64,000 nucleotides of DNA, from positions 64,001-128,000 of the forward strand of contig CAWCVB010000014.1 in assembly GCA_963798915.1 (NCBI GenBank), read 5' to 3'. The position numbers were made by a program, and so were the translations under genes. The number at the start of each line of letters is the position of its first letter. Position 1 is the first letter of the stretch. Shown here one piece after another: positions 18,538 through 27,747 of the stretch. Source of the DNA: an uncultured Gemmatimonadales bacterium. GTDB taxonomy: Bacteria; Gemmatimonadota; Gemmatimonadetes; Gemmatimonadales; GWC2-71-9. The notes under the pieces were generated by a model. The model saw only the letters and a list, made by a program, of their open reading frames with translations. It did not search any database and was not told the DNA's origin.

Positions 18538-21245
18538 ATTGGCGGAAGGACGGAAGCATCATCGCGGCGGGCCGCGTATCCAGTGCGCTTGCCGGATTGA
18601 CCCTGCTCGCGGGCACGGGCCCACGGCTCGCCGCCCAATCGGCCAGTCCAGCATCGGTCCCTGAAGCGCGGGCCGTGGTGCGCCATGGCCCGATTGCCCT
18701 CGATGGCGTGCTCGACGAGACAGCATGGGCAGCCGCCCTCCCTGCGTCGGGCTTCCGCCAGCAGGATCCGCTTGCGGGCGCGGCAGCGACCCAGCGCACC
18801 GAGGTGCGCTTTCTCTTTGATGAAGAGGCGCTGTATGTCGGGGCGAGAATGTACGATGCGCTGGGTGCGGGCGGAGTCGCCACACGGCGGGGCCGGAGGG
18901 ATGCGAACCCCCAGGCAGACTATTTCATGATCGTGCTCGACACCTACCACGACCACCTGGGACGGACTGTCTTCCGGACGAACCCCTCCGGGGTTCTCTA
19001 TGACGCGCAAGCGCTGGGCAATGGGAATCCGGATCCTTCTTGGGACGCCGTCTGGCAGGTGGCCACCAGGGTCGACTCGCTCGGTTGGACAGCCGAGATC
19101 CGGATTCCCTTTTCTCAACTCCGGTTTCCGGCGGCCTCGCGCGCAACCGTCTGGGGCCTGCAGTTGTGGCGTTACGTCCAGCGTCTCAACGAAACCACGC
19201 AATGGTCATACTGGACCAAGGAGCAGGCCGGCGGTCCGGCCTTCTTTGGGCACTTGGTGGGTCTTGAGCTTCCCCGCGGCGAGCATCAGCTCGAGCTGCT
19301 GCCCTACGGCGTGATGAAGCACAGTGATTTCGGAAGCCTCGGTGGCGTGCCGGAAGACGGGCGGCAGCGATCCACGGCGCTCGATGCCGGGGGCGATCTC
19401 AAACAAGCCCTGACCGCTGACCTTCGACTCTCGGCCACCGTCAACCCGGACTTTGCTCAGGTGGAGGCGGATCCCGCGGTCCTGAACCTCACGGCGTTCG
19501 AGACATTCTATCCCGAGAAGCGGCCGTTCTTTGTGGACGACGGGGGACTGTTCAAGTTCGGAATGACAAGCTGCCTGCTTTGCCTTGATGCACCTGCCCA
19601 CACCCTCTTCTACTCCCGCCGCATTGGAGGCGCTCCCCGGACACTGCAGGGCGGGGCCTTGCTCGGCCTCCCGCGGAGCACCCCGATCCTTGGTGCGGCG
19701 CGGCTCCAGGCCCAGACGGGAGACGTGTCGATAGGAATTCTCGATGCCATCATCTCGCCGGCCAGCGGGGTCGGGCGCGATAGTTCGGGAGATATCACTC
19801 CGGTGCCGCTGGCCCCATCCGCCGATTACTTCGCGGCGCGGGCCAAATGGACGGTGCAGGACGGTAATCTGCTGCTGGGCGGGGAATTCATCGGACTGAA
19901 GCGTGGATCCAGCGCCGCTCCGCTCGGTCTGGTCAGCCAGTCTCTAGTGGTTGGGGGAGATCTGGATTGGTGGTGGAGCAACCACACCTACCATCTGTTG
20001 TCCAGCATTGCCGTCTCCTCCGTGTCCGGCGCACCCGGAGCACTTCTCCGGGTCCAGCGAGCAAGTGCACGGTATTTTCAGCGGCCCGACCGAGTGCGCT
20101 CCGGGGCCGGTTTCTTCGGGGACGGGTACGATTCCTTGCGTACCCGCCTTTCCGGCTACTGGAGTTATACCAGACTCGCGCGGGACGCCGGCCGGTGGAA
20201 TTGGGAGGCGATCCTGGACATCATCAGCCCCGGGTTTGAGCTGAACGACGCCGGATTTCTGCCGACCGCCGACGCGATCGCCATGACTTCGAACATCCAG
20301 CGGAACTTCACCACGCCGGGGCGACTCTTTCACTCGCTCGCAGTGGTTGCGGGCGCGGACCAGCGATACAACTTCGAGCATGACCTGGTAGGCCGGGATC
20401 TACACGTCGGCATCAGCGCGGTGCTGCCAAACTACTGGACGATCACTGGCACGCTTGCCTTGCGCCCCGCGCTGGTGGACGACAGGCTCGCGCGTGGCGG
20501 GCCAGCGCTCCCGATCGCGGCGTCGCAGGCCGAATCCCTCGCGGTAACCACGGATTCTCGCGGGAAGCTAAGCGCCACGGCGGCATTTTCCGGGCAGCAG
20601 ATGGGCGATGGGGGCCATCTCTACCGATCCGCGCTGGCCGTCGTCTTGCGGCCAGCAAGCAACGTCGGCCTGACACTCACGCCGAGTCTTTCGTGGGGAA
20701 CCGACGAGGCGCAGTATGTCACGACGGTATCCGATTCAACAGCCACCGCGTGGTCCGGCCAGCGCTACGTCTTTGCCACGCTGGACCGTCGCACGGCCGG
20801 TCTTGAAGGCCAGGTGAATGTTTCCCTCACGGGAACGCTGTCGTTCGATGCGTACGCCCAGCTCCTCCTGGCCGGCGGAGACTTTACTCAGTTCAAGGAA
20901 TACAGCGCGCCGCGTTCGTTGTCGCGCAATATCTATGGGCGCGACATTGGAACGATCAGCCAGGACCGCACCGACGGATCGTACACCATCGATCCCGACG
21001 GCGCCGGTCCCGCGGCCGCATTCGCCCTGGCCAGACCCGATTTCAGCGCGCAGTCCTGGCGCCACAACCTGGTGCTGCGCTGGGAGTATCGCCCCGGGTG
21101 CAGCCTGTACCTGGTCTGGACCCAGACCCGCCAGGGACGCAGTGCGCTCGGCAATGTAGACATATGGCGCGACGGGTCGGCGCTGTTCCGCCAGCCGGCG
21201 GATAACGTGCTCCTCGTCAAAGCTTCCTACCGCCTTGCGTTCTGA
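18534..21245 (+). CDS. CBM9-like + DUF5916 outer-membrane protein
   Basis: IALDGVLDETAW, GWTAEIRIPFSQLRF, NPDFAQVEAD, PEKRPFF, LRWEYRPG; C-terminal Phe. Confidence 0.85.
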   Translation: MNWRKDGSIIAAGRVSSALAGLTLLAGTGPRLAAQSASPASVPEARAVVRHGPIALDGVLDETAWAAALPASGFRQQDPLAGAAATQRTEVRFLFDEEALYVGARMYDALGAGGVATRRGRRDANPQADYFMIVLDTYHDHLGRTVFRTNPSGVLYDAQALGNGNPDPSWDAVWQVATRVDSLGWTAEIRIPFSQLRFPAASRATVWGLQLWRYVQRLNETTQWSYWTKEQAGGPAFFGHLVGLELPRGEHQLELLPYGVMKHSDFGSLGGVPEDGRQRSTALDAGGDLKQALTADLRLSATVNPDFAQVEADPAVLNLTAFETFYPEKRPFFVDDGGLFKFGMTSCLLCLDAPAHTLFYSRRIGGAPRTLQGGALLGLPRSTPILGAARLQAQTGDVSIGILDAIISPASGVGRDSSGDITPVPLAPSADYFAARAKWTVQDGNLLLGGEFIGLKRGSSAAPLGLVSQSLVVGGDLDWWWSNHTYHLLSSIAVSSVSGAPGALLRVQRASARYFQRPDRVRSGAGFFGDGYDSLRTRLSGYWSYTRLARDAGRWNWEAILDIISPGFELNDAGFLPTADAIAMTSNIQRNFTTPGRLFHSLAVVAGADQRYNFEHDLVGRDLHVGISAVLPNYWTITGTLALRPALVDDRLARGGPALPIAASQAESLAVTTDSRGKLSATAAFSGQQMGDGGHLYRSALAVVLRPASNVGLTLTPSLSWGTDEAQYVTTVSDSTATAWSGQRYVFATLDRRTAGLEGQVNVSLTGTLSFDAYAQLLLAGGDFTQFKEYSAPRSLSRNIYGRDIGTISQDRTDGSYTIDPDGAGPAAAFALARPDFSAQSWRHNLVLRWEYRPGCSLYLVWTQTRQGRSALGNVDIWRDGSALFRQPADNVLLVKASYRLAF

Positions 21246-21297
21246 TCTCACTCGGATTCGCCATCGCACGCCGGCGCCTCGCCGCGGAGTGGTTTCC

Positions 21298-22415
21298 ATG
21301 CGGCGCGCGACGGCGCTCGGCGAGCTCGCCCGGTTGTTCCTGCGGCTGGGGGGAACGGCCTTCGGCGGGCCCGGGGCCCACATCGCGATGATGGAAGACG
21401 AAGTCGTCCGGCGTCGCAGCTGGCTCACGCACGACGAGTTCATTGATTATCTCGGCGTCACCAGCCTGATTCCCGGGCCCAATTCCACCGAAATGGCCAT
21501 GCATGTCGGGTGGGTTCCGCGGGCCTCCCCGGGCTTTTGGTCGCCGGCCTGTCATTCATCCTGCCTGCGGCAGGCATGGTAGCTGCGATGGCCTGGGCTT
21601 ACGTGCGCTTCGGCGTCGTTGCCGCGGCGGCTCCGCTGCTATACGGGATCAAGCCGGTGGTCATTGCGGTGGTGGTACGGGCGCTCTGGCGATTGGCGGG
21701 CAGGGCGGTCAAGTCGACTTGGTTGGGCCTTCTGGGCCTGGGCGCCGGCGGCGCCAGTCTGTTCGGACTCAATGAGCTGGCCATTCTGGCCGGGGCCGCC
21801 GTGATCGCGATGGCCGCACAGTCGCGACCTGACCGAAGGATGCTGGCATTGCTTCCCATTCCTCTGGGATTGGCGGGCGTTGGGACACCGTTCGGGCTGG
21901 GCAAGCTCTTTTTGATTTTTCTGAAAATCGGCGCCGTCCTCTTTGGCAGTGGCTATGTGTTGCTGGCGTTCCTGCGCGCGGACTTGGTCGACCGTCTCCA
22001 TTGGATCACGAACCAGCAGCTGCTGGATGCAGTGGCCGTCGGGCAGGTGACTCCTGGGCCCCTGTTCACCACCGCCACCTTCATCGGCTACACCCTGGGT
22101 GGCTGGGTGGGCGCCGCTGCCGCAACCGTCGGCATTTTCACGCCTGCATTCGCGTATGCCGCCCTGAGCAACCGGGTCGTCCCACTCTTGCGCCGGTCGC
22201 TCGTAGCCGGGGCAGCACTGGACGGGATCAACGTTGCCTCCCTTGCCCTGATGGCGACGGTCACGCTGTATCTGGGTCGCACCGCGCTGGCCGACTGGCC
22301 GAGCATGGTCATCGCCAGTGTGAGTGCGCTCGTGCTGTTTCGCACTCGGCTGAATTCCGCGTGGCTGGTGCTGGGAGGCGCTGCAGCGGGTTACCTGATT
22401 TATGCCGTCCGCTAG
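21298..22415 (+). pseudogene. chrA: Chromate efflux transporter, frameshifted at ~21517
   Basis: AFGGPGAHIAMM, IPGPNSTE in one frame; GIKPVV, FGSGYVL, GQVTPGP in another. Confidence 0.85.
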
Positions 22416-22474
22416 CACGACGTTGCTTCCGCCGCGCATCCATCGTAGGTGCGACAATTACATCGGAGCCGGAC

Positions 22475-23257
22475 ATGACTACTCAGCATCACGCTGTCGT
22501 CCGCCGGGCCTTTGCCGCGCAAGCCGAGAACTGGGGATTCCTCTGGCAGGCAGAGACCGACCCGCTCCTCGCGTGGGTGGCCGAGACCCTCGGCGCTGAC
22601 CTTGGCGAAGCGATGCTGGATGTCGCGGCCGGTACCGGATTACTGGGGCGGTTGCTCGCGTCCCGGATGCAGCGCGTCACGGCGCTGGACGTCAGCCCGG
22701 CCATGCTGCGAGAAGGCCGGCGTCAGGCCGCACGATGCGGCATCACGAACATCACGTTTAGATCAGGTGCTGCGGAAGCTATTCCGTATCGGGATGGCTG
22801 TTTCGACCTGGTGACCTGTCGGTTCGCCTTTCATCACGTCGTACGTCCCCAGGCATGCCTGCGCGAAATGCTGCGTGTGTGCAGGCTTGGCGGACGGCTG
22901 GTCCTCATCGACATGCTTGCCCCCGAAGATCCGGTCCTGGCGCATCGCTACAATTCCATGGAGCGGCTGCGTGATGCCTCGCACCTGCAGGCGCTGACTC
23001 CGCGTGAATGGAGGCAGCTGATCGACGAGGCAGGGCTGATACGGATCAGTGCGGAAGTGGCCGACGCAACGGTTGACCTAGAATCCTGGCTTGACTTCGG
23101 GCGTGCCGGCCTCGCTCAGAGGGGAAAAATCCGATCCGCCATTGAACGAGAGCTGGCGAGCGGGGACGCCACCGGACTTCGGCCGATGAGGGGGGAGGCG
23201 GGCCGCTTGGTCTTTCGTCAGTCTCACATTGCGTCGATTTGCCGGAAGGCGGAATAG
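22475..23257 (+). CDS. Class I SAM-dependent methyltransferase
   Basis: LDVAAGTG, FDLVTCRFAFHH, RDASH. Confidence 0.88.
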   Translation: MTTQHHAVVRRAFAAQAENWGFLWQAETDPLLAWVAETLGADLGEAMLDVAAGTGLLGRLLASRMQRVTALDVSPAMLREGRRQAARCGITNITFRSGAAEAIPYRDGCFDLVTCRFAFHHVVRPQACLREMLRVCRLGGRLVLIDMLAPEDPVLAHRYNSMERLRDASHLQALTPREWRQLIDEAGLIRISAEVADATVDLESWLDFGRAGLAQRGKIRSAIERELASGDATGLRPMRGEAGRLVFRQSHIASICRKAE

Positions 23258-23359
23258 AGCAGACGCACGAAGCGACCCTTGCGACATTCGGGATGTGGAC
23301 GCCACGAATACCTCGGCGTTGTCTGCTGCAAGCAGCGATCCGGCCGTTCCGTGCCGGAG

Positions 23360-23701
23360 CTAGGGCGCGAACATCTCCGCGAGGTGCGCCAGCACGGTCT
23401 CGACGGTGGCGGACCTCAGGGCGCCCAGTCGGCGCACGAGCCGCTCGTGATCCACAGTGCGGAGCTGATCCAGCACCACGTGCCCCTTCTTCTGCTGGAA
23501 CTGACATCCGACCCGGAACGGGTAAGGATGGCCACCGGTGGTCATGGGGGCCACGATCGCGGTCCGAAGGTGATGGTTAAGCTCGTCCGGCGACACGATC
23601 ACGCAGGGGCGGGTCTTCCGAATCTCGCGGCCGAGCGTCGGGTCGAGGGCAACGAGATAGACCTCGCCGCGACTCGGTCCCCGCGCCGTTACCACGTCCA
23701 C
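23360..23701 (-). CDS. mazF: Type II toxin, PemK/MazF family
   Basis: RGEVYLVALDPTLGREIRKTRPCVIVS, DQLRTVD. Confidence 0.93.
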   Translation of the reverse strand: MDVVTARGPSRGEVYLVALDPTLGREIRKTRPCVIVSPDELNHHLRTAIVAPMTTGGHPYPFRVGCQFQQKKGHVVLDQLRTVDHERLVRRLGALRSATVETVLAHLAEMFAP

Positions 23702-23931
23702 TCCGTCTTATCGAACCGGGTGGGTGTCGGGGCGTCGAGCTGATCCTCGTCCCGGTCCCGCGCGGCGGCGGCGTCGGCCCAGGTGGCGCGGGGCGCGGTG
23801 GCCGGCGTGATGATGATGCTTCCGGGTTCGGCAGAGACATCGACTTCCTCGGGGAGGCCGGCCTGCTCGAGGAGCAGCTTGGGGATCCGGACGCCCTGGG
23901 AGTTCCCGATCCGGACGATGCGGGTCTTCAT
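23689..23931 (-). CDS. mazE: Type II antitoxin, AbrB/MazE family
   Basis: RIGNSQGVRIPK; overlaps toxin start; GGAGG SD. Confidence 0.93.
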   Translation of the reverse strand: MKTRIVRIGNSQGVRIPKLLLEQAGLPEEVDVSAEPGSIIITPATAPRATWADAAAARDRDEDQLDAPTPTRFDKTEWTW

Positions 23932-23945
23932 CGAACCTCCTTGAC

Positions 23946-23966
23946 TGTAGCTACAATGTAACTACG
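23946..23966. promoter_or_regulatory. Probable TA autoregulatory operator (TGTAGCTACA + TGTAACTACG)
   Basis: Perfect and imperfect 10-bp palindromes immediately upstream of the antitoxin SD. Confidence 0.65.
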
Positions 23967-24310
23967 TCTTGGCCTGCCCGCAACCGAGCCGCCGAGAACG
24001 GCCTGATGCCGCTCGCACCAGCTACAAGCATTCTGGCCAGCATCAGCGAGCCGGAGGCGGACACGGCGCTCTGGAGATTGAACGGGCCACCGATGACGGC
24101 GATGATGTGCCAGGCGCTCACGTTCGACCCCTCTCCAGTCACCAGCCCTGCGGCAACGAGGGCAAAGGGAATGAGAGTCAGCAGCACCCCGCCTATCGCT
24201 CCTCACGCATCGAACCGGGCCAGCGAGAGTTCGCTGAAGCGCTGCCGGCGCCCATCCATGCTGAGCACAATCGAGAAAAACGCACCCGCGAAGAAGCCGG
24301 CGGACCACTG
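23951..24310 (-). pseudogene. Membrane-protein gene remnant with in-frame TGA
   Basis: GFFAGAFFSIVLSMDGRRQRFSELSLARFDA*GAIGGVLLTLIPF; TGA at 24203-24205; no visible 5' end. Confidence 0.5.
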
Positions 24311-24341
24311 TGCAGTCCGCCGGCTCCCTCAACCCCCAGCG

Positions 24342-25346
24342 TCAGAGCGTTTCGAGAAATGCAATCAGCGCTTCCCGCTCAGCCTCGGTGAGGTGCAGCG
24401 GCGCAATGCCAAGCCGCTGTGCGGCCGGTGAGTTGCTGAACCGCTGGCTGTTGTAGAAGTCGACCACCGCCCGCAGAGTGGCCAGGCTGTTGTCATGGAA
24501 GAAGGGTGGACTCTTGGCCACACCGCGCAGCTGGGGTGTGTTGAATGCGGCGCCCCCCTGCGCGCAATCCGGCAAGGAGGGCTCGATCCGGCAGCGGCCC
24601 GGATCGTCAGCCGGTTCGTCCGGCCGCCGTGCCACGATGCCGTGGAACTGGTTGTCGGTCAAGAGCGGCGGCACATGGCAGCTGGTGCATGATGCTTTCC
24701 CGAAAAACAACTTGCGTCCCTCGCGTGCCCTGGCTGACAGGAGATCGAGGCCCACGCCCCCCGTTGCTGGCTCGGACATCGCCTCTTCGAACGCAACGAT
24801 GGCGTCCAACTCCTCCGGAGTGGGTACCCGCTCGCCGGGCCGGTCCGCCGCGCCGTCCAGCAGGTGCAACAGCGCCGCCTCGGCCGCCTGCTCCTGGAGC
24901 GTGGCCGCCCGCCCGTCGGAGGTAAACGGGGCGGTGCGGCGAACATTGCGGATGGTGGGAATACCGCGGAAGACCGTCATCTGCGGGCTGAACAGGGAGG
25001 CGCCGCCCAGTGGATAGCGGATCATGCCGCGCGCGGCCATCTGGGGATCGACGTCCATGGCCCCCGCAAAGAAGGGGTCGTCCGGCGAAAGCCGGGCGAT
25101 GTCCGCTGGCGTGAGGACGAGCGTCGGGGCGGGATGGCAGGTGCCGCAGGTGCGGCCATTGCCGCCGAAGGTCTCGTTGAAGAAGAGCTGGCGACCGCGC
25201 TCGACGAGAGCGGGGTGACCGCTCGCCGCCGAGAACGTTGCCGCGGATACGTCGGTCGGAGCAGGGCCGTCGCACGCGAATGAGCACACCGCGGCCATCA
25301 CGACTGCCAACCGTACGCCCTGCTCGCGACCGCACAACCTGAACAT
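24342..25346 (-). CDS. Di-heme cytochrome c, CcP/MauG superfamily (probable lipoprotein)
   Basis: Two CxxCH (CGTCH, CTSCH); DGRAATLQEQ, TDNQFH, FNTPQLR; lipobox-like SFAC. Confidence 0.85.
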   Translation of the reverse strand: MFRLCGREQGVRLAVVMAAVCSFACDGPAPTDVSAATFSAASGHPALVERGRQLFFNETFGGNGRTCGTCHPAPTLVLTPADIARLSPDDPFFAGAMDVDPQMAARGMIRYPLGGASLFSPQMTVFRGIPTIRNVRRTAPFTSDGRAATLQEQAAEAALLHLLDGAADRPGERVPTPEELDAIVAFEEAMSEPATGGVGLDLLSARAREGRKLFFGKASCTSCHVPPLLTDNQFHGIVARRPDEPADDPGRCRIEPSLPDCAQGGAAFNTPQLRGVAKSPPFFHDNSLATLRAVVDFYNSQRFSNSPAAQRLGIAPLHLTEAEREALIAFLETL

Positions 25347-25350
25347 GGGG

Positions 25351-26010
25351 CTACTCCGCGCGTCCGGGAGCGCCCGGCGCCGAGAACATTGAGAGGGCCG
25401 CATTGGCGCACCCGACCATCGGCAGGTTGCAGAAGGTGGCGAAGGTGCCCGTCTGCAGCGCCAGGTTGGCCGGATCGGTCTCGGCCGGGCCATGGTTCCG
25501 GACCACCACATGGACTTCCGCCCTGAATGGATTGTCCACGCCCGAGGCGTCACCAACCTGGAGGGACTTTCCTTCGATGTCATGACGGAGCAGGTGCGTC
25601 TGATGATAGACGGTGCTGCCGGTGGCCACGAAGCCACCGCCATTCACCAGGCTGCCCTGCGCCTCGCGAACCGCAAGGTCGGAGGGATCGCAGGCGTCAA
25701 CGCATCCCTGAGGATTGTCGAAGATGCCCCACCAGATGCTGTACGCATAGCCCGGGGTCAGGCCGTCCACCGCGAGATCCGCCCAGAGTCCTTCAGCTGT
25801 CCGCGTCAGGGTCACCGTTCCTGAGATGCCTGAGCCGCCCACCGCGCTGAGGGGCAGTTCGGTCTCAATCACCGGCGCGGCAGCGCTGGCGAGCGACACC
25901 GGCCCGGCAAGAGCATTGGCTCCGCTGGGCGCCAGGGAGTCGCTACCAGTACAACCTGCGAGTTGGGTCATCGCCGCCAACAGGGCAAGCGGCAAGAGTT
26001 TGCTGCCCAT
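25351..26010 (-). CDS. Hypothetical lipoprotein
   Basis: MGSKLLPLALLAAMTQLAG-C lipobox; AAGGAG SD; two Cys pairs. Confidence 0.8.
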   Translation of the reverse strand: MGSKLLPLALLAAMTQLAGCTGSDSLAPSGANALAGPVSLASAAAPVIETELPLSAVGGSGISGTVTLTRTAEGLWADLAVDGLTPGYAYSIWWGIFDNPQGCVDACDPSDLAVREAQGSLVNGGGFVATGSTVYHQTHLLRHDIEGKSLQVGDASGVDNPFRAEVHVVVRNHGPAETDPANLALQTGTFATFCNLPMVGCANAALSMFSAPGAPGRAE

Positions 26011-26172
26011 CTTTGCACTCTCCTTGGAAAGGACTTGGAACTGCGTTAGCCGTCGTTGTCCCCTGTTAACGAGCAATGGCCGGTGGCGAGGACAACGGCG
26101 ATGATGGGTGAAATGCGCATGGAGCAGCTCCGGCCTGGGAAGTGGGGCATCGTCGTCCCCCTGCATTCCATT

Positions 26173-26199
26173 ACACCGAACCCGTCAAAGCGGGGCCAC
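26173..26199 (-). promoter_or_regulatory. Putative ECF promoter 1 (GTGGCCCC-N13-CGGTGT)
   Basis: One of three copies with identical boxes and spacing. Confidence 0.75.
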
Positions 26200-26244
26200 C
26201 CCGAAGCCCGGCGAGCTTCCATGCCTGCATCGGCGAGCTGCCGT

Positions 26245-27708
26245 TCAGCTCCCAGGCCGCCAAGCCGGGCTCGTGCCGTTGGCGATGATCCGCCCGCGCT
26301 GGCTTCCGTCGGTGGTGACCCACTCGATCGCATTGGCGGACGCGAACGCGATGATCTGTCCGTCCGGCGACCAAGTCGGATGCGCGTACCCGCTCGTCGT
26401 CGCCAGCCGCATCAGGCCCGAACCGTCCGCGCTCATCACCGCGAGTGCACCGGAGTCGCAGTAGCTCCAGGTTAAGGGGCAGGTCACGAGGGCGATCCGC
26501 CGGCCGTCCGGCGACCAGGCCGGCTGCAATTCGTCGAACGTCGGCTGCGGATCGTGGCTTCGGAGAACCGTGGCCTGGGTCCCGTCCGGAGACACCAGCC
26601 AGATGTCGAGCCAGAAGTCGACCAGGATCCAGTCGCTGCTGAAGGCGATGCGAGTGCCGTCGGGCGACCACGCCGGATGCAGGACTGATACGGTGGTGGT
26701 CAGGACGGTGATCGGGGCAGCGCCGTCGTCGTCGGCGCTCACCTTGCAGACGGCGCCCGCGTCGTGTGCCCCGCAGGAGAACGCCACCCACCGGTCGTCG
26801 GGCGACCACGTGGGACTTCTCCCTGCGCTCACCCGGCGAACCGGATTCGCCCCATCCGCGGTCATGACGTAGATCCCCCCTGCCTCACCGCCGCGCGAGA
26901 ACGCAATCCGGCTGCCGTCGCGGGACCACGCCGGCTCGCTATCCGCGGGACCGGCGGACAACTGGACCAGGCCGGTCCCGTCGGCGTTGGCCCGGTAGAT
27001 CTTCCCGTCGCGGCTGAAGGCAATCTCCCCCGCTTGGGGCGGCGGGATGTACTGTGTGCCCGGTTCCTGGATGTCTACCTGCTCCGTGACCGTCGCGGTG
27101 GCCCCGTGGGTGTCGGTGACGGTGAGTGTCACGGTGAATCGGCCGCCCGGCGCATCGTACGTATGGTACGGGCTCGGCGTGGTGCTGATGTGGCCGTCGC
27201 CGAAGTTCCAGGCCCGCGATACAACCGAATCCCCGGCATCTGGATCCGTGCTCTGATCCGTGAACAAGCACGCCAGGACAGTGCAGCTGACCGAAAAGGC
27301 CGCGGCCGGGGGGAGATCGGCCGGGGGGAGATCGGCCGGGGGGAGGCTGTCGGCGCTCACCGCCACCTGCCGGGAAAACGTCACTGCCGCGCCATCGTCG
27401 TCGGTTACGGCTACGGTCACCTTGAAATCCCCGCCCGGCGCGGCGTAGCTGTGTGTTGGGCTCGCGTCGGTGCTGGTTCTGCCGTCGCCGAAGTCCCAGG
27501 CATAGGTGGCGATGGTGCCGTCTTCGTCGGTGCTGACGTTCTCGAAAGCGCACTGGAGCTGCTCGCAGTGCGCCGTGAACGCGGCGACCGGCGGCGCGTT
27601 CGACTGTTCGGTGCCGGAGACCGGCGGCGCGTTCGACGGTTCGGTGCCGCCGCAGGCGGCGGTGGTCGCGACGGCCGTCATCATGGCGAAGGTGCGAATG
27701 CGGTTCAT
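26245..27708 (-). CDS. Lipoprotein with two PKD domains and PD40 (TolB-like) beta-propeller
   Basis: Lipobox TAAC; WDFGDG and WNFGDG; repeated PAWSPDG. Confidence 0.88.
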   Translation of the reverse strand: MNRIRTFAMMTAVATTAACGGTEPSNAPPVSGTEQSNAPPVAAFTAHCEQLQCAFENVSTDEDGTIATYAWDFGDGRTSTDASPTHSYAAPGGDFKVTVAVTDDDGAAVTFSRQVAVSADSLPPADLPPADLPPAAAFSVSCTVLACLFTDQSTDPDAGDSVVSRAWNFGDGHISTTPSPYHTYDAPGGRFTVTLTVTDTHGATATVTEQVDIQEPGTQYIPPPQAGEIAFSRDGKIYRANADGTGLVQLSAGPADSEPAWSRDGSRIAFSRGGEAGGIYVMTADGANPVRRVSAGRSPTWSPDDRWVAFSCGAHDAGAVCKVSADDDGAAPITVLTTTVSVLHPAWSPDGTRIAFSSDWILVDFWLDIWLVSPDGTQATVLRSHDPQPTFDELQPAWSPDGRRIALVTCPLTWSYCDSGALAVMSADGSGLMRLATTSGYAHPTWSPDGQIIAFASANAIEWVTTDGSQRGRIIANGTSPAWRPGS

Positions 27709-27747
27709 GGGTCGAGTCTCCTGATAGTTGCCCGTGCGCGCGGGCCT

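Noticed and set aside
18387..19202. N-terminal extension of the GntR ORF (507 aa call)
   Set aside because: Antisense to the DUF5916 gene; the HTH and promoter geometry place the start at 18386.
24203..24205. In-frame TGA as selenocysteine or recoding site
   Set aside because: Lies in a hydrophobic segment where Trp (TGG) is more plausible, within a 5'-truncated remnant; no SECIS-like hairpin or redox motif evident.
27098..27119. Fourth GTGGCCCC...CGGTG motif copy
   Set aside because: Inside a CDS, on the opposite strand, with an 8-nt spacer instead of 13.
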